A DNA stretch of 64,000 bases from Hydrolagus colliei (GCA_035084275.1 CM068743.1:104470001-104534000); one strand, 5' to 3'; counted from the first letter of the stretch, positions 38,268 through 51,563 are shown. Notes: generated from the sequence alone by a model not told the origin. A program made the numbers and translations.

Positions 38268-38458
38268 GAAACAAAAACAGAGAGAGCTGGGAAAACTCAG
38301 CAGGTCAGGCAGCATCTATGGAGAAAGGAAAGTGAGTCAATGTTTTGAGTCCCCATTCACTCAATCTCCTTTCTCCATAGATGCTGCCTGACCTGCTGTG
38401 TTTTCCCAGCTCTCTCTGCTTTTGTTTCAGATTTCTAGCATCTTCAGTATTTTGTGTT
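38268..38458. mobile_element. Fold-back Penelope-end insertion with 14-bp TSD
   Basis: 64-bp inverted arms 38266-38329 and 38367-38430 (2 mismatches); direct repeat TTGTAAATGTAACT at 38254-38267 and 38459-38472. Confidence 0.9.
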
Positions 38459-38890
38459 TTGTAAATGTAACTACCTTGCACTGAGTCTATGACCAGACAC
38501 CATATACAACACCAGAAAGTTGCCTTTATATAGTGCCTTTCAAGTCGAAGGGATATGCCAAGAGACTGGACATACAAAGGTTTGCACTCAAGGTGGGGGT
38601 TGGAGGTCAAGAGGAACGGCGAAACACAGTTTGTTGTACTTTACAGTGTATCACGTAAAGCGATTGGAGATGTCTGCCTGAAGTGAAAGACACTATATTA
38701 AATGCAAAGATCATTATTATTCATGGTAATTATTATATAGATGATGTAAATCACTGAGCAGTATTGATGATGCACCATAATGCACCATCACATAATTTAC
38801 TAAATTAACACCGTCATATTCACAAAGTCGTTGAAGGGCATTATGCCGTCACCTCACATGTTAAATCTCTACTTTATTCAATTCCTTAAC

Positions 38891-39070
38891 TATACCAGGG
38901 GAGTCCAAAAAAATGTAACCATTGGAAGTATAACCATTTTGTGATCCTCGACCAAACAGTAGCAAATAATCAATGATTTGAACAGACATGACTGTTTTTT
39001 ATATAGTGTTTTAAACTTTCATTGCTAACTCTTTTAAGCATTCCAACTGTGGACATTTTTCATTTATACT
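38891..39070 (-). mobile_element. Possible Tc1/mariner relic (one terminus)
   Basis: TATA-ccaggggagtccaaaaaaatgtaacc resembles a mariner/Tc3-type TIR; no partner TIR found. Confidence 0.35.
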
Positions 39071-39257
39071 TTACATTTATTGGACTTATTGTGAAACCAC
39101 ATATCATCTCTTTGAAATACGGTGTCCATCCATTCGTTCCCATGTCTTTGCACAATAGTACCATCTTATAGCACCACCTAATGGTTGTGCAAATTCTGCA
39201 CCCAATTACCAAATTTTCAAGTGGTCCGCAAAACACCAACAAATCATTTTCTCACCA

Positions 39258-39785
39258 TAATTAATAATCCTTACATTGATAACATGCCTTATGATGTCTG
39301 AATGTCTCAAAGTGTTTCACAAGATTCACTGTAAAGAATACTGACTGTGTTTATGGAATGCAAACACAGCACCTATTTGTGCTCAAGAGTGTCCAACGAA
39401 CAACAACAACAAAATTACATTTATACAGTGCCATTCACATCGGGAGGACATCCCAAGGCGCTGAACTCAGCAGTCAGGACCCTAGCATGGGAGAAGGGCA
39501 GAGTAGGGTGGAGAGGAGGGAGAGAGGTGGGAGGGCAGCAGAAGGTGTGAAGTCAAACAGGCATGAAGTTAATGATCAATTTTATCTGAAGGATTGTTGC
39601 TTGGAAAATCTTTCTATTCTTTTTAAATAATCCTATGGGATCTTGGATTCACTTCTCATCGGGAGCTGCACTTCCCCAGCACGGCAATTGAGTGTCATCC
39701 CAGATTATGAGCTCAATGACTCGTCATGTGGCTTGAACCTATTCTGAGTTGGAGGTGGGAATGCTACTGAGCCAGGCTGATGCCT
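39258..39785 (-). mobile_element. DeuSINE with a nested L2 tail (~39398-39545)
   Basis: Tail at 39258, ctatgggatctt Deu motif, head ggcttgaacc...gctactgagccaggc; (caa)n tail inserted within. Confidence 0.7.
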
Positions 39786-40044
39786 AAATTCCTAACTGAA
39801 TTTGTAGTTGGCTGTTCATCTTGTTTCAGATCAGGGCACTTCTTTTGTCATTAGACAATCTGAATTTTCACCTTCTCGGAAAGCTTCCCATATATTACCA
39901 ATCAGTTATGCCTTTACATCTTAAAAAGGGCATTCGTCAGATCACAATATTTGGCAAGACTTTTGCTGTTAATTTATAAACATTGGCAATATCATAACAG
40001 ACACCATCTTATCATTTGTACATGTTATTATTGTTTTTGAAAAT

Positions 40045-40770
40045 GGTAATAATCCTTAAATTAGATTTAGTGCCTTATCAAGGCTTATTATTATCATGTC
40101 TTCAAGGCATCTCAAAGTGCTTTACAAAATATACTGTAAAGTGAATTGATTGGATATTTTGTGGAATAAATGCATTAGCCAATTGCGCACAGCAATGTTT
40201 CCACGAACAGATTGAGTAACCAAATTATTGTTTTTGTTAAAAAAGGGGTTATTACCTCAGGAAAGCGATCTGCCAATCGTCTAACAACCAGATTCCTACT
40301 TATTTTACAGTTCACTTTACAGTATATTCTGTGAAGCACTTTGAGACATCTAACCAACATAATAAACCGTGATATTAAGTGCAAGGATTGTTATTATTGT
40401 ATCAGCAAAGCACGTTTTCCATCACACTGCTGTACAAATATGCAGTATGACTGAATAGCAAAAAGAGTCTCCATTCTTCTCATCCTTTCATTTTGAGGGT
40501 ATTTTGCCCACAAAATATACAGTCAATTCGCTTTAAAGTATTCACTTTATTCTGTGAAGCACTTTGAGACTTCTGAAAGATGTGATAAGGCACTATATCA
40601 AAATGCAGCATTATCATTATTATTATCCTGTTAAGAGACAGCAATGTCCCATAAATTGCCAAGGAGTGAGAGACCATTTTTTTTACTGGGGGGATTATTG
40701 ACCAGGATGCCAGGAGAAACTCCCTTCTCTTTTCAAATAGTGCCATGGGATCTGAAGCGTCCTCCTGAAC
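40045..40770. mobile_element. Cluster of four SINE fragments (-,+,+,-)
   Basis: Tails and cores at ~40045-40300(-), 40305-40400(+), 40500-40626(+), 40630-40770(-). Confidence 0.75.
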
Positions 40771-41351
40771 TCTAAATTCCTCACTACATCATCCTCTTAT
40801 TTTTATCAATTTTATTTTTCATCTGTTTCTAGAAATCCCTAGAGGTTTTTAAAGCCCAGGCTGTTATCCAGTTCTTTTTTGAATTATGACTATTGAAGCT
40901 GGATCAATGAAATAATTCAAAAACAGCCTCCAAGTAAAGGGTATACCTTTCAAGACTGTGACACTCTCCCTCCCCCCTTTCACCAATTTTCCAACTATAG
41001 TATTACATTATAAAGAGGAGGAAAGCCTTGTAGACCATCAAATTTACCCTGGTATGAGCTGGACCTAACCACTCTAACCCCTATTCTAATTCCCTGGGAT
41101 TGGGATTGGGCTAATCATGCTTTCTCCTTGAATCTTTTTATGTTCTTTCCCTTCAGATATTCTATGTATTCTTTCATTGGGAATTTAAAAGCACATTCAT
41201 GGACGGCATTATTTTTAAACCTTAACATCAAATGTTTTGGGACATCCTCCCGACGTGAAAGACACTCTATAAATGTAATTTTATTGTTGTTTTTATAAGA
41301 ATCTCATTCCCAGCCACACAGCAGGCCCACACATTGCAGGCTCTCCCAGTT

Positions 41352-41820
41352 ACAACAAAACAACAACAAAATCATACTTGTATAGTGCCCTTTATATCAA
41401 GAGGGTGTCTCAAGGCACTGGACAACACAAGAACAAAATTACACTTGTATAGCACTTTTCACATCAGGGAGATGTCCCAAGGCACTGGACAGTTACAGCT
41501 TCAGACCCGAGTTTAGGACAGGGATGTGGAGGGAAGTGAGGATTAGGAGGTGCCAATGGGTCCATCGAAGAGGAGTCTTGAGGCGGGACGTGAAGGAGGC
41601 TAGGGAGTGGGTGAGGCGGAGGGACTGTGGGATGAAGTTCCAGAGGTTGGGGGCAGAGTGGCTGAAGGCTCGCCTGCCAATGGTGGGGTGGGTGGGTTGG
41701 GGGACGTGGAGCAGGCTGGAGCCTTCTGAGAGGAGGGGACGGGCAGGTTGATAGGGGTTATGAGGTCACAGAGGTAGGGTGGGGTGAGGCCATGGAGGGA
41801 AGCTGTCAGCATGATGAGCA
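41352..41820 (-). mobile_element. L2 3' end with a second short tail in tandem (41352-41425)
   Basis: Reverse ORF LIMLTASLHGLTPPYLCDLI; two successive (caa)n...caaggcactggaca tails. Confidence 0.88.
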
Positions 41821-44800
41821 CTGGAAGCTAGTTTGACAATGTTGGACTGCAACTACACCGTGTGTTTGTCCTCCATAGTCTACGTGCTTGAGACACCGTC
41901 TGGCATGAAAGGTGCTAAGTAAATGTTAAGTAACAATTGTTGTTGGTGTAATAGTAAAAGATGCTTTGCACCAATGGAAAAGGTGAGGCATAAAACAACC
42001 ATCCACACCAGGAATTTCTGGAAAGCACAATTACTCACCATCATTTCAAATCATAAACACAATTTTTGAAAAGATTTGAGATTTTGTTTATTTTCCTTTT
42101 AATGTACTGTATATTGCTCATATTAATGCTGAAAGCAGACTGTCTCAGCAGATATTGTTATATTATTGATCTTGAGATATTCCCATTTATTTTTTGCTCA
42201 TATTTGTATTCTTAAATGCATGATTTCTAAATCAAAAGAAAAAATGTGCAACGGGGGTTGTGGGGGGAGAGATGGTTGTGTTTTTCCAGTAATTATAATG
42301 ATTTGCTCTCATTCGGTTATTTTGTTTTGCTGTTAGCGGCTTATTTGCCCTTCAGACTAAAGCTCAGTAAAGACTGTCTGTCTTGTAGGATATTCTGGAT
42401 TCTCCTCCAGGCTTGTTCATAACCTTCACTCTTGCACACACTTGAGTGGCTGGATGTGCGCATTCGAGCATTCTCTTTGAGACCATTAAAGGATGAGAGA
42501 GAGAGTAGAAACAAATCAACTGGATGGTCAAAGTCAGGACAGCTGGTGGGATGACCCTGTGAGGCACTGAAGGAGAGCAGTGCCTGGTGTTTCACTTTGC
42601 TTCCTTCTGGATGTCTTCATTCGTGCGTTATCATGAACAAAGGCTATAACATTCTTAATTAGTGTAATACCACTATGTTCCTTGTGATGCCTAGCGCTGT
42701 TCCTACGTGCAGCTTTACCTCTTTCAAGTAGATCACTGGAAGTCAGGGGGGATCTTGTAGTTCACAAGGTCACAGGGGAGATTCGGATGAAGGCTCGCCC
42801 TTCGGCCTATTTAATCTCACCCTTCCAGAATACAAGTTGCATTTATATAGAAGTCTTCACATAGGGTAATGTCTTAGTGTTTTACAGTGATGGAAGTGGA
42901 CACAGAGGAGGGAGAGAAATGGGAGGTAACCATATACCTGGTCAGGGATAGATTTTAAGGCAAGTAGAGAGGGGATGAGTCAGAGGAGTAAGGGAGGAAT
43001 TTGCAAAGGTACAGTACTATCCTCCCATTACAATATGAAGCTGTTTCTTAAACAAATCCAGTGCCCTGGCCTCAACTACTCTCCAATTATTTATTTCAGT
43101 CACTAATAACCCCTCTAATATCTGTCCTAAAATTGCCCTCATACACAAATTCGTAACATCCAGGCTTGACTGTGCAAACTTCCTGCTTATCAGCCCCTCT
43201 CCAGACTTCAGCCTGCTTCACATCCCTGGCTTTGCCTGCCTCAACATTTTACAATCCCATATAAAACTTAATATAACTTGATGAAATCCAAGTTCTAGTA
43301 GGAGTTGGTGCAAGTTCAGTGCTGCAGTTTAATTCCAGCATGAACTCAAGCTGTCTTGGGAGATTCATAGCCAGTGCCATGTGAAACAATGATTAGATTC
43401 AGCAAAGTAAGATGCCCTTGTCAAAAGCCTTCACTGCTCACTGCACTGGTGAGATGACACGAGTACAGACAGCAAGACCTAAAATATGTTTGCAAACCAG
43501 GTTCATTGTATTATTGAGAACTTCTAGTTTGAGATTCACTATTTTCCGATTCAAAAAAAGTCTGATAACAATTTGAATGCCGAAGGGGATTAAAAAGGTG
43601 CCTTTTTTAAATCTCAATATCGTGAATAGTTAACTGGATGCTGCAATGAGTGTAGAGTACACATTTTGCAAACAATTTATTTTTGTCTTTAATCTTCCAG
43701 CGTAAAAGATTAGCACAAAGTAAAAACTAGTACAGACAGGATTCCTATATTGAACCTGACATCACAGATTCAAATAATGAGCTCGGAATAAGCCACCTGT
43801 GCTCATAATAAACAAGACATAAACAACATTGCAGCTCTGACCTGGAGTTTCTATCCTGCAGACTATCCCCAGCTTAACACCGCTCCCTGACAGGTTAGGA
43901 ATATACAAAGATCAGATGGGAACTGTGCTTTCGGATTCTGTGTAATCAGCGTTTGAGATACAATAGTTTTTTTTATATAATTAATGGTATTTGTCTGCCA
44001 TGGCTGAGTACAGGTTTGCTCTGATTCACAATAACCGTTTCAATTTGCAAAAGCCACTTTTGACACTTTAGCCTTTCATCTACATCTTTTATACCCATCA
44101 TTCTCCAATTACCCAGGTCCCAGCTCACAGATTCTTAACATTGACCTACCTTGCAAGCTCTCTCATTATCCCATTATTTCCCTTGTTTATTTGAGAACAA
44201 AAACCAGTGGACTGACTAAGGACCAAAATTCTGTGAACTATGAAACAAATAGCCACAGGAGGCTTAGGAGTTCCAGCCCATCAGTACAGTGATAAATCTA
44301 GCCTCGCTGTGATGTAAGCATCACAAAGACACATCTGTGAGCGACACAGGTCTATTTCTGTAAGGGTATAAAATTCTAATGTAAAATTGTATTTTAGTCA
44401 AACGCTTTTGTTAATTAATACAGACAGAATCTGAATACACTATTCGAATATTGAGCATTTCACATTTCCTTGTCTGCTGTCTCTTTCTCTCTCTCTCTCC
44501 AGCATTTCAACTGCTGTTCATTCACTGACGCATGGTGCTGTTAGTGGGAGATCTATTCTGTCTAGTTTGATTGAATAGAAAGCCACGCTGGTGCCTTATT
44601 TCATTTTACCCTTAATCCATCTTGTTTCACCAAACAAGGTTTTTAAACATTCTGCTGTCTCCACTTCACGGGCTTTTAACCTGGTAAGTTCCACGGCTCA
44701 CAAGAACAATCTGCAGTCAGCTTTAAGCTTTCTGCACACACACGAACCTGCCTCACCATTCCAGATGTGAAATGATAGAATGTTTAAAATCAAACCTTCG

Positions 44801-44859
44801 TTCTGACTTAAAATTTTACAGCAATGTTATAGACTAAATAAGCAGTATCTAGAGGTTTC

Positions 44860-45120
44860 CACAAATATATATTGTCGGACGGATAAATAAATAGATATAG
44901 AGTAGACAAATAATCGCACACAGGTAGATAGATGCAGATCTGTATCTATCTGTCTGTCAACAAAAGATATTTATCTATCAATGTTCTTTTCAATCTGTAC
45001 TTGCATCTCTTCTTCTATCCATCTGCCCATCTAGATCTATTTCTATTGATGGATAAAGGTGCAGACAGATAGATAAATCAATTAAATAGATGGATAGATA
45101 CATAATAGCTAGAAATAAAT
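44860..45120. repeat. Degenerate (ATAG/CTAT)n microsatellite in both orientations
   Basis: agatagat, tatctatct and gatagataaat tracts. Confidence 0.7.
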
Positions 45121-45191
45121 ACAATAGGAGCGAAAATGCAAAACGTGGCAATCATCATTGGTGCTATTTATCACGTTGCTGCAAACTGCAC

Positions 45192-45435
45192 ATTAAATGT
45201 AGACAACCTCTCCCTCCTTCCCAATAATGGTTCGGCCTTAAGTCCCAGACCTCCAGTATAGTGGCTCCATCTAGTAGAAGATGGAGTTTCACTGGAGTTA
45301 CCAGGCTAACTCAATGAGTGTTATACAGAGTCTCCTGCAGCAGCACTCAAACATCAGGCTATGCAGGAACAATGGGGCTGCGGGGACCTCAGTAGGCTTC
45401 AAGCCAAACCAATGTGTTGCAGTGGAAAGCTGGTG
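45192..45435. repeat. Unclassified ~245 bp repeat, copy 1
   Basis: Direct repeat of 47119-47364, about 85% identical by eye. Confidence 0.9.
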
Positions 45436-45902
45436 TATATAAATTTAATTTATTGTTTATTTTGGATGTCTGAAAATAGTTTTCCTATATCTATGTTTTC
45501 CTGTCAATTTTAAATTTCCCATCACCAAAAATAGGGAGGAGGGTTGCACGATGTTCTTATGGAGACTTCATCATTTCAGGGTTGAAAGTGATCAGGAGCT
45601 TTGTTAAAGCATTGTGGCATCCAGCAGGGAGGGCACTATATAAATGCAATTGTTATTGTTGTTGTCTGCATCACAATTGACAGGCAATCAGTTTGCACAC
45701 ACTACTCCATTTCTCCCTAGCACAATTCTCCATTTCTCCATGGCACAGACACTGGGGGTTGGAGAAACTGGTTGGTCTCATCATTCCTAGTCATATTTTT
45801 GTCTTAATCAGTTACTGAAAGGTGCCCACGTATAGTCTCAATTTATAGTCAGGCACCATTCAAGTACCAAAGGAGAGTGAATTTAGTTTTGTGTTGTTAC
45901 TT

Positions 45903-46185
45903 TAATAATAATCCTTGCATCTGATAAGAGTGCCTTTCACGTCTCAGGAGGGTGCCTTAAAGCATTTTGTAATGTTCACTGTAATTTTGAGCGACTGTAT
46001 TTTCTGTAGATGAATGCAGAAGCCAATTTGTATACAGCTATATTCCCACCATGAATGATTAATTTTATCTGGGGGGGACGGTTGACCAGAACAGGCAGAA
46101 GGGACTTTGTTTAGCATCTTGTCTAAATGACATAATCTCCAACAAATGCAGTGCTCCCCCAGCCAACTGCCCTAGATTATGAGGC
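45903..46185 (-). mobile_element. DeuSINE fragment
   Basis: taataataatccttgcat tail; agccaatttgtatacagc core. Confidence 0.7.
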
Positions 46186-47118
46186 AAAATTTGAAGACAA
46201 ACAATAATAATTTGAAGAGGTATATCACATGGTGGGGAAATTATGTAGTGTAGAAATTAATTATGTGAATTCATTGTTTCCCGATCATACAGAAAAAGCA
46301 CCCACCAACTGCATTTATTGTCAATCTTAGCGTGTTAAATGAGCTGGAATCACAATAGCCCTGCCTATAAGTGACAGCAATTATTTGTGAAATATTTTGA
46401 GGTATTTCAACATTATAGAAGTTGTATGCATTTGCAAGAATTATTATAATTAACATGAACAAAAGTATTAAACATTTTATAAAAACATATGTCAGAATCT
46501 TGTAAACTAATGGGATTAAAGAAAACCTTAAAACAAATAAGAGTAAAACAAATGGGAGAAAGAGCCCAAGACAAGGATCCAGGAGTGAAGGTAAATTAAT
46601 TCCTTTCAATGCCAGTTCAATGTGAAAATGTAATTTAAAAAGGTAATATGGAAAGATAAGACCCGTGGGGTAAAGTCTATGGGGTTTCCTAAACAAATAC
46701 TATCTTTTAATCACCAGCAGTGTAACGATTAGGAGTGGTATTTGCAGTTGTCATTACCCTTTTGTCGATATCAAGTTATCAATAGTAATACCTTGACATC
46801 ACCATTCAAAATAACGTTGGATGGATATGGAATGTCAATATTGGGTGAATATATTTCGCCCACAAATATACAGTCAATTCATTTTACAATACATTCTGTG
46901 AAGCACTTTGAGACTTCTAGAAGACATAAAAAGCACTATGTCAAACTGCAGGGAGTATTATTATTATATTAGATGAAGCAAGGACCCAGAAAGGTTGGTA
47001 TCAATGCCTTTTCTTGTCTCATATTTCCTTACATTCTTAATAGAATTTTGCTGTTCTCACTCAAGAAGCAAGGCAGGAGAAATCAGAGGGTGAGTTTCCT
47101 CAAGGTCACTGTCATTGT

Positions 47119-47364
47119 ATTAAATGTGGACAACCTCTCCCTCCTTCTCAATAATGGTTCGGCCTGACATGCCAGACCTCCAGCATGGTTGCTCCCTTCA
47201 GTAGAAGGTGGGGTGTTTACTGGAGTTACCAGGCTAACTCAATCAGCGTTATAGAGAGTCTCCTGCAGCAACACTCAAACACTAGGCTGTGCAGGAACAA
47301 TAGGGCTGCGGGGGACCTCAGTAGGCTTCGGGTGGAACCAATGTGTTACAGTGAAAAGCGGGTG
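47119..47364. repeat. Unclassified ~245 bp repeat, copy 2
   Basis: attaaatgtggacaacctctccctcc...ccaatgtgttacagtgaaaagcgggtg. Confidence 0.9.
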
Positions 47365-49141
47365 ATCAGTTATAATCAAGGACTGTTTTGAATTGCAATT
47401 TTCAGCACATTTCACCCCAAACTACAAAAGATGACCACGTTGAAAAGCTGTCTGTCTTCATCTTCATCCACTACTTCCCCTTGTGGGAAGTGGGAGGCTG
47501 ATAGAATATATCACTCACGTCCCTGTCAATCAAAGATTGGTAGATTGTGCAGAGAAAAATAAAATACTGGGGGCTGGAGGGGATGGGTGGAGGGGGAAAC
47601 CACAAGGCTTAAACTCTTAACAAAAACATAACACTTATAATGAGTTGTACATTAAATGCAAAAATTTTAAGCAAAACAAATTGACTTCTTGATGGCTTGT
47701 TTAACAGCCAACATTGTTCCCACTTTAGTGCAAGCCATCCTGACCCCTTTTATAAAAAAAATGCTTTCCTGCACATATGCTCAGCCGTCCCAATTAATCT
47801 ACAATGTCATGACTTTCTCTTTTATCAAAGTCGCCTTTAGTGTGAAAGATGTTCCAGTTGTCTGATGCCGAATTGCTAATCATGTTCTTATTTTGTCAGG
47901 AATGGTGACAGAGAGACTGCGATGCTGCATTCAGGCATGCTGGATCCGAGAGCCTTCATGTTCATCTGCCAGTGAATAGTCCTGATGGGGGCCTATCTGC
48001 CCTAATCAAGTTTGCATTGCCAAAGAACAACTTCTGATGTTGCGTCTTATCAGTGCAAGTGTCAGTCAGCGGGCAGTGTGTTGCCCTCAGCCTCTGTCCT
48101 CATTTCTTCATGGCAGGATGCATGTTTTTCCTTCATCACAATTTCCTTTCACCTGCATTATGAGCTTGCTTAGCCGTGACAGTTCTGCCCTGGTTTTGGC
48201 ATTCACCATATGGCCAGGCCTGACTCCGCCCTGTCTTTCAATAACTCCAGCTCACTGACCCTGCATTTCACATTATTGTTGCTGATGGCAACCTATATTT
48301 AAGCCGCAAACCATTACCTTTGACCTTACCAACCAAGTTTCTCAGGAAAGCCGTGTCCTGCTGCTGTGCAGTAATGATGTCTCAATGCAAGATTTGTGAA
48401 TTATAAAATATATTGACTTATACCTAACGGGCAAATGCACAGAGACAATATGTCTTCATTCTGCCTGCTTAAATCCCTTACAGTTATTTTAGAAAATAAA
48501 TTATTCTACTTTAAAATCAAGGTTATTCTTTTAAAAATAAAATCAGCCCTGAGTGCTGTGAAGTACTCGATTCTAAAATGATTATTTTAACCCTTTCAGC
48601 TTTTGACTTACAATCCTATATTACAAACACAATTCTACATTACATATTGATTAAAATTGGACTGATAAAGGAATATTGTATACTTAAAGTGATGATATTG
48701 TCCAGATTTGATAACTCTTCCAATTGGTCTCAATGCACACAAATCTGCACCTGAAGCTTTTTCCTGCTACACATTTCTTGCCTGATCCACCCCATCAGTG
48801 GTTGAGCTTTCAGCCATTCTGCCCACAGCAATAGAATGGCATCCAGAGTTCCTCTGTCTTAACTCCTCAGTCCCCGCTTTTAAAATGTACCCTAAAACCT
48901 ATTTGTTTCCAGGTAAACTACACCTCCCCTCCTCCTCACTCATCCCTTCTAAGATCAAACTCTGGATCAGTTGTGTAGAGTGCTTTGAGATGTCCTCCCA
49001 CAATGAAAGATGCTAAATAAAGCCAAATTGTTGTAACTATATTCAAGGTTTTTCTTAGGAAAACAGTAACCGACGAGGAAAACAGGGAAGACTGGAAAGA
49101 CTCCAATATGCCTTACTTCCAGTGCAATCATAGCTGTTCAT

Positions 49142-49683
49142 GGTGTCCTGTAACTCAGTGGTTAGAGCACTCGCCTGGCAAGCGAGAGACCAAGGTTTGA
49201 TTCCTGGCTGGACGAAACCTTGGACAACTTTCCTTACTCCACATGCCTAATAATAATCCCTCAATGTAAAACAATGATAAATTGATCACTCACAAATAAT
49301 AATAATGCTTGCATTTGATATAATTCCATGTGTTCTAGATTTCTCAAAGCACTTCACAGAATATACTGTAAAGTGCATTGACTGTACATATGTGGGCGAA
49401 ACACGGCAGTCAATTGTACAGCCAAGTGTCCCACAAACAGTCGTAGATTGAAATGACCAATTTATTATTGTTTTTTTTGAGGGATTATTATTAGGCATGT
49501 GGAGAAAGGAAACTTTCCCAAGATTTTGCCCTGCTGGGAATCGAACCCAGGTCTCTTGCTTGTAAGGTGAGTGCTCTAACCACATACATTCAATTCACTT
49601 TACAGTATATTCTGTGAGGCACTTTGAGACATCCAGAAGACATGAAAAGTGTGATGTCAAATGCAAGGAGTATTATTATTATT
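49142..49683. mobile_element. Nested SINE pair: + head (49142-49290), near-complete - copy (49295-49583), + tail (49584-49683)
   Basis: Head gtcctgtaactcagtggttagagcactcgcc; inverted copy ends gagtgctctaaccac; forward tail resumes. Confidence 0.85.
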
Positions 49684-49781
49684 TGTGGGACATTACTGTG
49701 CAAAGATTGGTTGTTACCATTTCTCACATACCATTTCACAGTCACTACGCTTTACAATGAAACACTTTAAGATATTCTACA

Positions 49782-50164
49782 CTCCTGTAACTTAGTGGTT
49801 AGAATACCCATCTCTCATGTGAGAGTATCCGGGTTTGATTCCCGGGCAGCACAAAATATTCGGCAAGTTTCCTTATTCTAACACTCCTCTGTTTACCTTG
49901 CAATAAGTAGGAACCTGCTTGTTATTCAATTGGCAGGTTGCTTTTTCAGGGGTAATAATCCCATCAAAAATAAATTTTAAATAATTTGGTTACTCAATCC
50001 ACAACTGTTTGCAGGACACTGCTGTACGTGATTGACAGCCGTTTTCTGCCCACAAAATACAGGTATACACTACAGTCACTCACACTACATTCCGTGAAGC
50101 ACTTTGAGATGGCTCGAAGACATAATAAGACACAATATTGAATGCAAGGATTATTATTATTATT
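49782..50164 (+). mobile_element. Full-length tRNA-head SINE (long variant)
   Basis: ctcctgtaacttagtggttaga...gggtttgattccc; ggcaagtttcc...cctctgtttacc segment; core; (tta)n tail. Confidence 0.88.
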
Positions 50165-51298
50165 AGCAACTTTCTAGGGTTGTTCACAGAACCAGTAAGT
50201 GTGATTTTCCGTTGTCCATACATTTACTAATCTTGGTGGATCGGGGATATATTATTGCTCGCTAGCTGTTAAATGTAATATTCTTGGGCTAGCACCAGAG
50301 CATGTAATTTCTTTTGTTGTTGTTTCCCCAGAAACCACTGACACATTGAAACTCATGTAGCTGTGACACTATGCAACCAGTCGTTCACAGTAGGGTTTAA
50401 TTTGTAGAAGAAGAAAGTTGTAAGAATCACATTTCTAAAAATACTGATTATGTGGAAGCAAGGCTGCTTGCAGCTATGGATACCCATTGGTTTAGGCTCT
50501 TTAATGTTTGGACCTGAAACTATCCCTGGCTGTCATTCGAGTTGCTGTAAATAGATTGTGGTGCTTGAGTGCCGCTTTCTGGGACAACTCACCAATGATG
50601 ATTATCACATTACGCACAACATTTTTCATCCCAATGACAGTTCCCAAATTGTTGACCAATATTGATGGATTTAATATCTGGCAAATGCTAAGCCTTTAAT
50701 CTTTACAAATCAGCAGAAAGGTCAAATCAGGCATGGAGTCAAAAGGTCTAATCCAACCATTCTCTAAACCTAAGGGTTCTGAGCTCTCGAAATATATTAC
50801 CAAACACAGTACTGCATTGAATTGAAACAAGCTAATCAGGTCGCATTGAATGAAATATTAAACACTTTGCATCAAAGCATCAGATTGACTCATTGCACAT
50901 CTTCATCTGAGCATGTTCTATCAAAGTCAAAGTTCAAATAGAATAGTAACATCTCAAAGCACTTAAGCTTGATGCTGAGGAATGGAGAAGGGAGAGGTAA
51001 CCCCAGGAACATGAGTTGTAATATAAACATAGTAGAGAAGCAGGCCTTATAGAGGATTGAGGCAGAGGGTTTTATAGTTTGGCTAAATACCCTTTTCCTG
51101 TGACAAAAGGTTCTATGAACCTATATGATCTAATTGTCTGACCAGTGGGCACCAATCCCTCATGAGTTCTATGGATTTGGACTAAATAATATCCATACTG
51201 TCTTCTATTATTCTTTAAGTGATTAAGTCCCTGGCTGGCAGTAAGAGCTATTCAACGATGTCTGAGTATAACAATTCCATTGGTTCCGTGTTGAAATA

Positions 51299-51563
51299 AG
51301 CAACAACAACAACAAAATTACACTTGTGTAGCACCTTCCATGTCAGGATGACGTCCAAAGGCCCTGGATAGTCATTGTTTTAGACCCGAGCTGGAGTTGG
51401 GGACGGGGAGGGTGGAGGGAAAGGGAGAGATTTGGGGTGACCGATGGGACTGTCGAAGAGGAGGGTCTTCAGGCGGAACTGAGGCCAGGGAGGGGACAAG
51501 GCAGAGGAACTGCGGGATGGAATTCCAGAGATTGGGTGCACAATGGTTGAAGGCTCGCCCGCC
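51299..51563 (-). mobile_element. L2 3' end
   Basis: (caa)n tail; gggatggaattccagag (reverse strand: LWNSIP); LKTLLF. Confidence 0.85.

Noticed and set aside
45228-45390. HDV-like ribozyme resemblance (GGCC..GTCCCAG.CCTCC...GGGGAC)
   Set aside because: No P1 or P3 partners found, and copy 2 (atgccag) breaks the putative P2 pairing
46271-46696. 141-aa hydrophobic ORF on the minus strand
   Set aside because: The F/L/I bias is explained by AT-rich composition; no splice or family evidence
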